Source: Candidatus Jordarchaeales archaeon
Lineage (GTDB): Archaea > Asgardarchaeota > Jordiarchaeia > Jordiarchaeales > Freyrarchaeaceae
Assembly (NCBI GenBank): GCA_038889235.1
Contig: JAWAHN010000003.1
Location: 113,703-145,702 of the forward strand
Reading direction: 5' to 3'
DNA length: 32,000 bases
This document shows positions 25,626 to 32,000 of the stretch, piece after piece. A program made the position numbers and the translations under genes. Position 1 is the stretch's first letter. Every line of letters begins with the position of its first letter. Below the pieces are notes generated by a model. The model saw only the letters and a list, made by a program, of their open reading frames with translations, did no database searches and was not told the DNA's origin.

Positions 25626-26478
25626 CGCCAAGAGCCTCCTCAAGCCTTCTTGCAAAGTCTTCGTCGACGTATGCTTTAAGCCTCATCAGCGTGGTCTCGT
25701 ACATGTCTATCACCTCCTCCTCCAGTGTCTGAGAGTAGTTCGCGGAAGGGTCTATTTCGTCGAGCAAAAAGATTAAGAGGTTCCTCTCCTCCGGCGGCAT
25801 TACCCTTGGATCCGTCATCGCCGCTGCCCTAGCGTAGACCCCTTCATCGAGGAGGTATCTTAAAGCTTTGAAGGGAAGCTCGTAGTACTTGCCGATCGCT
25901 CCCGTCCTGTACGTGAAGCCCTCAGGAGTTGCCGCCTTGAACGAGACCCTAACGTAGAGCATTTCTGAGAACTCGGCAATCCGCTTAACGTAGCCCCTAT
26001 CAGCTCCAAGCAGTATACCATTAGTTTCGAGGTAGAAGGGGTAACCCGACCTTTTAACGTGCTCAAGTAGGCTGAGTAGGTGCTCCTTGCCGAGTGTTGG
26101 CTCGCATCCTGAAAGCCTCAGCTTGTTAACCTTCAAGTTCCTGAATCGCTCCCATCCAGGTGAAGTTATACCCGCCCTAGCCGCCTCGACAAGTCTCCTC
26201 GCAGCCTCACCGGGTGAGTAGAATTCCCCAAAGCGCTCAGGGAAATCCCTCGACCAGTTACTCCAACAGTAAATGCACCTAAGACAGCAGCCGACAGCAT
26301 ACCCTGTAGCTATCCCCCTGTAAACCGGGGCGGAATAGAAGTCAACATACTTCCTCTCAACACCCTCCTCACCCTCCCTGGTAACTATGCCCTCAGTCTC
26401 CTTTGCCAGCTCCAATGGATCAAAGGGCCTAAAGCCAGGCTTCAAAAAACGCTGGTAGCCCAAACCAACCACTCCCAT
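25618..26478 (-). CDS. Radical SAM protein (COG5014-like, MoaA-related)
   Basis: FDPLELA, Y-x-GIATG-x-x-VGCCLRCIYCW, RLSGCEP and LETNGILLG motifs. Start uncertain (ATG 26478, TTG 26463 or GTG 26523); a TATA-like element near 26533-26542 argues against 26523. Confidence 0.8.
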   Translation of the reverse strand: MGVVGLGYQRFLKPGFRPFDPLELAKETEGIVTREGEEGVERKYVDFYSAPVYRGIATGYAVGCCLRCIYCWSNWSRDFPERFGEFYSPGEAARRLVEAARAGITSPGWERFRNLKVNKLRLSGCEPTLGKEHLLSLLEHVKRSGYPFYLETNGILLGADRGYVKRIAEFSEMLYVRVSFKAATPEGFTYRTGAIGKYYELPFKALRYLLDEGVYARAAAMTDPRVMPPEERNLLIFLLDEIDPSANYSQTLEEEVIDMYETTLMRLKAYVDEDFARRLEEALGGE

Positions 26479-26632
26479 GAAAAACAGAGAAAACCCGGAG
26501 TAAATCCGAGTATAACTCGGCACCGCCTAACTATAAATTTAACCGGAAAAGAGGGTCGAAAAAGAGGATAAATGAGGGGGGCCTTTATGGCGAAAAAGGG
26601 GGCGCACTCACGGTCTACGTGCCCTTGAAGCT

Positions 26633-27646
26633 TTAAACTACATATTTATTAAGCCCTTTTATTATGGACTCGGCTTCCTTCACTATTCTCTCTATGAGCT
26701 CTTTCACAGTCGGCAGGTCCTTTACGTTTCCACATGACTGGCCGCAGAGTACTGGACCATTATCTATGTCTCCCTTGTAGACTAACTCGTACTTCTTCAT
26801 GTCCTCAGCTATTTCCTGCGGCGTAAGCCGGGACTCCCTTGCAATCATTTCTTCTTTCGTGAGGAGTTGCGGGTGCTCCATAGCGTACTTGTTCCTAAGG
26901 AGCCTTATTGGGCCGAAGGCGCCCGTGACGACCACAGTGTCCCTATCCTGTGACCGCAGTATGAACTCCTTGTAGGCGGGGTGGAACTCGCACTCCTTGG
27001 TGGCTATGAAGCGCGTCCCCATTTGTACCCCTATAGCTCCCATTGCTAGTGCTGCTGCTAGACCCTTACCGTCGCTAAAGCCGCCGCACGCGACAACCGG
27101 CTTCTTGCAGTTGTTGACCACTTCTGGTATTAAGACCAGCGTTGTGACACCTTCGTAGCTCTGGTGCCCTCCTCCCTCATACCCTGTAGCAATTATCCCG
27201 TCGCACAGCTTGTCAACCTTCATGGCGTGGTACAGTGTTGGGGCCACGTGGAAGTGTAAAAGGTCTGGGTCCTTCTGCTTAAGGAATTTGGCCGGCGGCT
27301 CAGGGTTGCCTGCAGACGTGATCACTAGCTTTAACCTCTCTCTAAGCTCGGGGTCTTTAGAGCGCAGCTCAACTATCTTCTCAAGTATTGCAGGCGCGTC
27401 TATTTGAATTCTCGCAACTCTCACGTTGACACCGAACGGTCCATCGCAGTTCTCCTTTACCTCGAGTATGTTCTTCTCCATTTCCTTAACTGGGTCTACG
27501 CCGAACAGGTTTGTGTGGGAAATCACTCCTAGGGCTCCGGCGTTCGTCACCGCCGCTGCAAGCTTTGTCGTGTAGAACGGCCCCATGGGTGCCTGAATTA
27601 TGGGGTACTTTATGCCGAGCATTTCACATAGGGGAGTTTTTATCAA
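26633..27646 (-). CDS. Nitronate monooxygenase / FabK-like FMN-dependent oxidoreductase
   Basis: LGIKYPIIQAPMG, PFGVN, GYEGGGH, PVVACGGFSDGKGLAAALAMGA-x-GVQMGTRF and GQSCG motifs. TTG at 27646 has a GAGGAGG SD and its own TTTTTAAG TATA near 27693-27700; the track gives 27709. Confidence 0.88.
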   Translation of the reverse strand: MIKTPLCEMLGIKYPIIQAPMGPFYTTKLAAAVTNAGALGVISHTNLFGVDPVKEMEKNILEVKENCDGPFGVNVRVARIQIDAPAILEKIVELRSKDPELRERLKLVITSAGNPEPPAKFLKQKDPDLLHFHVAPTLYHAMKVDKLCDGIIATGYEGGGHQSYEGVTTLVLIPEVVNNCKKPVVACGGFSDGKGLAAALAMGAIGVQMGTRFIATKECEFHPAYKEFILRSQDRDTVVVTGAFGPIRLLRNKYAMEHPQLLTKEEMIARESRLTPQEIAEDMKKYELVYKGDIDNGPVLCGQSCGNVKDLPTVKELIERIVKEAESIIKGLNKYVV

Positions 27647-27760
27647 AGACGCTCCCTCCTCGGCTAGCTCACCAACCTCAAGGAAAGTACTGCTTAAAAA
27701 GGTTTCCACTAGCTCCCAGCTGTCGCCGGGCGGGAAGCCGATAGGAGAGTCTGACCTTTG

Positions 27761-28462
27761 TTAGAATGCATGTTGGAGGTTGACGCTTCTCAACACGTTC
27801 TCCCTAAACTTGTTGGTACGTGCCACGCGTTCAAATCTGCCTGTTTCGCACTTCATGTTCTTCAATGTGGAAATCGTGTGCTCTCTGTAGTCTACGCACG
27901 CCTCCTTCCCTTCAATCCTAGTGTTGTCGTGGAGCCTGGCGCCTAAGTTTTCGTGCGTAAGGGCACGGAAAGAGAAATCCTTGTATATTGAATTGCCCCT
28001 CGTTAGGGAGACTATGAAAAACTGAAGGTTGTCTAGTTTGGGCTGTGAGGCGCGTCTGAGAAAGTCGATAAAGGAAGAAAAGTCGGCGAAGTTCCTATGC
28101 AGGGACACGATGATGTTAGTGGCCAACCCCTCGCCGGCAGAGCAGAAAAGAACATTTGGCAGGCTTGCAAGCCACTTCCTTCCCACAACAAGCTCGTCCT
28201 CGCTCGGATACTCCCTCCAACTCAAGAATATGAACGCGCATATTTCGTAGCCCATCTTGGCTAGGTTGGGAATAACAGTGTACTCTTTGATCAAGCCCTC
28301 CTCTTCCAGCTCTTTCCTCCTCCGGTAAACTGTTGCACGCGTGCAGCCGATAATTTTAGACAGCTCTTTGTCGCTCCTCCTAGAACACTTAATCAGTTCG
28401 AACAGGAGGCGACGTTTTACCTCTTCTTTCTTCTTCTTTCCAATGTTTTTTGCGTCACACAT
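27761..28462 (-). CDS. Lrp/AsnC-type winged-helix transcriptional regulator
   Basis: RRSDKELSKIIGCTRATVYRRRKELEEEGLIKEYTVIPNL-x-K-x-GY, followed by a RAM-like domain and a ~60-aa C-terminal tail. Confidence 0.85.
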   Translation of the reverse strand: MCDAKNIGKKKKEEVKRRLLFELIKCSRRSDKELSKIIGCTRATVYRRRKELEEEGLIKEYTVIPNLAKMGYEICAFIFLSWREYPSEDELVVGRKWLASLPNVLFCSAGEGLATNIIVSLHRNFADFSSFIDFLRRASQPKLDNLQFFIVSLTRGNSIYKDFSFRALTHENLGARLHDNTRIEGKEACVDYREHTISTLKNMKCETGRFERVARTNKFRENVLRSVNLQHAF

Positions 28463-28789
28463 TACTGCCCGCCACCCCTTTTTTCAATATACTTCAAACC
28501 ACTATGAACTTGTATTACAACTACATTTTTTCCTTTCTCCTCACTAGAGGGGCCTTTCTCGTGAATTTCTGGATGTTCTTAAAAGTAGCTTCATTCCTGC
28601 TTTTGGCCCCTTTCTAAAAATGTGCTAGCTGTTTTTGGAGAGTGCAAGTCAAGGAGCTGCCGTGGACTTGTTTCCAGCGTCACCTCTCCTAAATGATTCT
28701 AGAGCGTGCGCGGTCAAACCTTCACTTCACAGGCTCTACAGTTTTCCGAAAAAACTTAAGAGACAAAATTTCCACATGACACAATTACT

Positions 28790-29506
28790 ATGGAGCGTGA
28801 AGCTATGAGCTTCGTGGAAAAGTTTAAAGAGATGGGCTTTAAGGTTTTGGAGAACGAGCCATTAGATCCTGAGACGTTAATTAAGGTGCTTGTTGCTGGG
28901 ATAAAGAGCAACGAGGAAGTTTACGGCCCAATTTTCTCGAAAAGGGCCGTTGATTACGCTTTAAAGTTTATTTCCGGCAAAATCGGTGAGAGCGCGCCAA
29001 GCAATATTGAGACACTAGAACAGCTGACAGAGTACCTAGTATCGATCGTAGAGAAGTATCCTAGGGCATATTGTGCCGTTCTGTACGCTGAAATAATGGT
29101 TGAAGCGGAGCTTCAAGGCAGAATCGGAGCGGCAATTCAGATAAGTGAGATTAAGTGGGCTAGAGGCCTCCTAGGAGGCGCGAAGAAGGATGTTAATGTC
29201 GACGTAGAGAAAATCATTTTGGACATGAATAAGACGACGCGTGCTCTGAAGATCAACCCTAATGATGGAAGCGGTTACAGGGTCAACGAAGACGGGACGC
29301 TGGACATGTTCTTTGTAAATTGCTACTTCATGGATGTTTGCAAGCAGGTGTTGAAAGAAGGCCATAGGAGGGTTGACGGGAGAATGTACTGTCCGTCGTC
29401 CTCCGGAATCTGCAGGTACTTCAGAGGGGTTACAGGGCGCGAGTGGGACTACGACTTGTTGGAGTTTGACAAGCCATATTGCACGTCTAAAATCTACATG
29501 CTCTGA
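28790..29506 (+). CDS. Hypothetical protein, probable V4R-like ligand-binding domain
   Basis: 238-aa ORF with good composition and a BRE/TATA-like CCGAAAAAACTTAAG upstream. The C-terminal NCYFMDVC...YCP....IC....CTSKI Cys pattern resembles V4R/4VR-type folds. Confidence 0.55.
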   Translation: MEREAMSFVEKFKEMGFKVLENEPLDPETLIKVLVAGIKSNEEVYGPIFSKRAVDYALKFISGKIGESAPSNIETLEQLTEYLVSIVEKYPRAYCAVLYAEIMVEAELQGRIGAAIQISEIKWARGLLGGAKKDVNVDVEKIILDMNKTTRALKINPNDGSGYRVNEDGTLDMFFVNCYFMDVCKQVLKEGHRRVDGRMYCPSSSGICRYFRGVTGREWDYDLLEFDKPYCTSKIYML

Positions 29507-29731
29507 AAGAAGAGGCGCACGTCCTTCCCAAGGTTGACACGTTGCCTTTAAGTGCACGCTTTTCTTATGCAGGTGGAACCCATTACGAGGCTGTGCATTC
29601 TAGTTTTGTCAACGCACTACTTTTCCTTTGATCCCAAAATTTATTTGATTCCCCCTCCCTTCCTTGAGGAAGGGCGGTAACAAAATTGGATTTGCAGGGC
29701 TTAGGGAAAAGGGGAGGTGAGGTGGGCTTTT

Positions 29732-30652
29732 ATGTTTAGGTTTACAGCCGAGCAAAAAACGTTCAACATAGCGGGAGTTAAGGTCGGCGGCCAGCCGGGA
29801 CAGGTCCCCACTGTTATGATAGGCACTATTTTCTATCACGGAGACAAGCTTGTTGTAGACGAGCGGGAGGGTGTCTTTAACAGATCGGCTGCCGAGGAAG
29901 TGCTGAGAAAGGAGGAGGAGATTTCCCTCAGGACTGGGAACCCACGCATAGTCGACGTCTGTGCCTCTCATCCTCAAGCGTTCGAGAAGTTCATCGACTT
30001 CGTGGCTGACGTTGTGGAAGGACCTTTCTGCATCGATGGCACCACGGCTGACGTTAGGATAGCGGGAGCGAGGTATGTTATGGAGGTTGGCTTGTCGAAC
30101 CGTGTCATATACAACTCCATAAGCCCAGACGTGAAGGATGCTGAGCTTCAAGCAATCAAGGACGCTGGAATTAAGTCCGCGGTGCTGCTGCTCCTCAACG
30201 TTAGAAATCCGCTTATCAGTGGAAAATTCGAGGTAATCGATGAACTATTGCGAAAGGCTTCGACCGCAGGCGTGGAAAACGTCCTCATAGATACTGCTAC
30301 CATAGACATATTAGACCCCGGCCCCGTATCTAAAGCGATTTACTTGGTGAAAGAGAGGTATGGCTACCCGGCAGGTTGCGGCGCGCACAACGCCATCGAC
30401 ATATGGCGTAAGCGCACGAAGCTGAGCCCAGGCGTAAAGTTCTCAGGGACCATTCTGGCAAACGTCCTACCCGTGGTCATGGGGGCAGACTTCCTCCTCT
30501 ATGGACCCATAGAAAACGCGGCAAAAATATACCCTCCAGTGGCGCTTGCAAATGCGTACGCGGCGTACACTTTGTGGCAGGAGTACGGTGTAAAGCCCCC
30601 GGCGGGGAACCACCCGTTTTACAACCTTAGCAAAATAGCTGCCATAGAGTAG
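29732..30652 (+). CDS. mtrH: MtrH/MtgA-like methylcorrinoid:tetrahydropterin methyltransferase (paralogue 2)
   Basis: MFRFTAEQKTFNIAGVKVGGQPG-x-x-PTVMIGTIFYHG, IYNSI, YGYPAGCGAHNA and MGADFLLYGPIENA motifs. ATG at 29732 with GGAGGTGA SD; the track gives 29717. Confidence 0.88.
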   Translation: MFRFTAEQKTFNIAGVKVGGQPGQVPTVMIGTIFYHGDKLVVDEREGVFNRSAAEEVLRKEEEISLRTGNPRIVDVCASHPQAFEKFIDFVADVVEGPFCIDGTTADVRIAGARYVMEVGLSNRVIYNSISPDVKDAELQAIKDAGIKSAVLLLLNVRNPLISGKFEVIDELLRKASTAGVENVLIDTATIDILDPGPVSKAIYLVKERYGYPAGCGAHNAIDIWRKRTKLSPGVKFSGTILANVLPVVMGADFLLYGPIENAAKIYPPVALANAYAAYTLWQEYGVKPPAGNHPFYNLSKIAAIE

Positions 30653-30666
30653 AAACAGCTATCTCT

Positions 30667-32000
30667 ATGAAGCATCCAACTCTCTTCGAGGGAGTGGACG
30701 TGGAGCTGGGTGGCGGGCTAGCTCATGTTCTTTCTAAGGCTTACAGTAGGCTGGATGACGTCAGGAAAACGAACATTGCAGTCGCAGTGGTTATCTCTGA
30801 GATTTTGAAGACGATGATTGGTCCTAAAGGAATGAGTAAGATGCTGGTTACTGAGACCGGAGACGTGCTAGTGACTAGTAGTGGCAGGGCTATGCTGGAG
30901 AGGCTGAGGGTTTCCCACCCTGTTGCTAGAGGCTTGGTGGATGTTGCTAGGGTCCAGGGCGAGCTCACCGGCGATGGAACGAAAACGGCAGTGGTGGTTG
31001 CAGGGGCGCTGCTGAGGGAGGCGGAGAAGCTCATGGATCAGAAGGTTCACGTTACAACCATAATTGAGGGCTACAGGAAGGCGGCTGTCAAAGCCGTGGA
31101 AGTTCTAGAAAGGCTTGCAATTAGAACGTCTGCTGAAAATGAGGAGGTTATAAGGAGTGTCGCAAGAACGTTCCTTAGAGGACGTTTTAATGAGGACGTC
31201 CAGGACCATGTTGCCGACCTGATGCTAAAAGCGGTCCTTCTCACCCACAAAGGGGGGAAAGATGCATCCATTGAAGATGAAGTCTGCTTCGTCAAAAAAG
31301 CCGGTTCAGACGTGAGCGCTTCCGAATTGATTCGCGGCGTTGTTATATGCAGGGAGAAACCTCACCCGAGGATGCCCAGCAAGATGACTAATGTTAAAGT
31401 TGCACTGCTGAACTGTTCGCTTCAACCCTTCCTGCGTAAAAGCGAAGAGTGGAAGAAGGAGTACTTGATTGGCGAGGAAGGTCGACTGGCGGCTTTCATA
31501 AAAGGTGAAAGCGAGATTTACAGGGAAATTGTGGGGCGGGTTAAGCGAGTGGGTGTGTCCGCCGTCTTTTGCCGCAAAAGAATTAGTGAGAAACTGGTTA
31601 GTTGCTTCGCGAGCGAGGGCCTCCTAGCCTTTGAACTTGTTTCGGAGGAGGACATTGCTAGGCTTACGAGGGCAACCAGGGGGCGGGTGGTTTCGTACGT
31701 AAATGACTTGACAGAGAGAGACTTAGGTGTAGCGAGACTCGTGGAGTTCCGGAAAATCGCTGGTGACGAAGTCTTGGTCGTAGAGGGGGGTGAGGGGTCT
31801 ACCGCTGTTACACTGCTCCTGAGAGGGGGAACTACGGAAGCTGTTGAAGAGCTTGAGAGAATGACGAGAAACGGGCTTAAAGCCTTGTCTCTCGCCCTTA
31901 AGGATGGAAGAATCTTGCCGGGCGGTGGGGCTACAGAGGTCGAGGTCTCTAGGGAGTTGAGAAGTTTTTCGAGAGCATTTACCGGCAAGGAGCAACTAGC
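30667..32000 (+). CDS. Divergent group II chaperonin (thermosome-like) subunit; 3'-partial
   Basis: Not in the ORF track because it runs off the window. Manual translation gives GPKGMSKML, SHPVA, GDGTKTAVV, KVHVTTIIEGYRKA, VKVALLNC, TLLLRGGT and LPGGGATEVE. Start uncertain (ATG 30667 or GTG 30700). Confidence 0.9.
   Translation, partial: MKHPTLFEGVDVELGGGLAHVLSKAYSRLDDVRKTNIAVAVVISEILKTMIGPKGMSKMLVTETGDVLVTSSGRAMLERLRVSHPVARGLVDVARVQGELTGDGTKTAVVVAGALLREAEKLMDQKVHVTTIIEGYRKAAVKAVEVLERLAIRTSAENEEVIRSVARTFLRGRFNEDVQDHVADLMLKAVLLTHKGGKDASIEDEVCFVKKAGSDVSASELIRGVVICREKPHPRMPSKMTNVKVALLNCSLQPFLRKSEEWKKEYLIGEEGRLAAFIKGESEIYREIVGRVKRVGVSAVFCRKRISEKLVSCFASEGLLAFELVSEEDIARLTRATRGRVVSYVNDLTERDLGVARLVEFRKIAGDEVLVVEGGEGSTAVTLLLRGGTTEAVEELERMTRNGLKALSLALKDGRILPGGGATEVEVSRELRSFSRAFTGKEQL

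Noticed and set aside
27761-27950. ~60-aa C-terminal extension of the Lrp-type regulator as a novel domain
   Set aside because: It has no recognisable pattern and may simply reflect loss of a stop codon. It cannot be judged without orthologues.
6463-30652. mtrH and mtmB as evidence for methanogenesis
   Set aside because: No mcr, mtrA-G or MtbA/MtaA-type CoM methyltransferase is in the window. Stand-alone MtrH-like proteins also occur in non-methanogens.
252-31995. Numerous 60-220-aa ORFs overlapping or antisense to the called genes (for example 1035-1622, 5089-5706, 8368-8898, 16485-17024, 18069-18611, 21945-22604, 29609-30151, 31518-31988)
   Set aside because: These are shadow ORFs of well-supported genes, with Ser/Pro/Arg/Leu-rich composition and no motifs.
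1-32000. CRISPR arrays, tRNA/rRNA genes, IS elements, integrases, tandem repeats
   Set aside because: None seen by eye. All intergenic gaps are under ~350 nt and show no periodic repeats, cloverleaf T-loop motifs or terminal inverted repeats flanking a transposase.

Overview
Archaeal chromosomal window, probably from an anaerobic thermophile. The evidence is a group II chaperonin, TrpB2 with a TrpY-like regulator, LipS1/LipS2 lipoate synthesis, MtrH paralogues, TATA/BRE promoters and Glu/Lys/Arg/Val-rich proteins. The lineage cannot be assigned from the sequence alone. About 27 CDSs are densely packed, and I saw no rRNA, tRNA, CRISPR array or mobile element. Gene order: GH130 fusion (5'-partial), hypothetical, C69 peptidase, small membrane protein, trpY-like/trpB2 divergon with TRP-box-like sites, a methyl-transfer cluster, a lipS2-lipS1-lipoate ligase(DUF116-like)-GGR/LipT-like operon, a cimA-ilvB-ilvH-ilvC-ilvD operon, a CDF transporter, two radical SAM genes, a nitronate monooxygenase/FabK-like flavoprotein, an Lrp-type regulator, a V4R-like protein, a second mtrH and a divergent thermosome-like subunit (3'-partial). 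The methyl-transfer cluster is KstD-like flavoprotein, corrinoid protein and MtrH-like on the minus strand, divergent from a pyrrolysine-free MtmB homologue. Best candidate for a new system: this cluster may couple ring-ketone desaturation to cobalamin-dependent C-demethylation/aromatisation (or the reverse) and pass the methyl group to a pterin carrier. Other notable points are a cimA whose conserved N-terminus has no canonical in-frame start codon, a corrinoid protein with a degenerate DxHxxG motif, and a chaperonin lacking both catalytic aspartates. All product calls come from motif recognition by eye; no database search was run.
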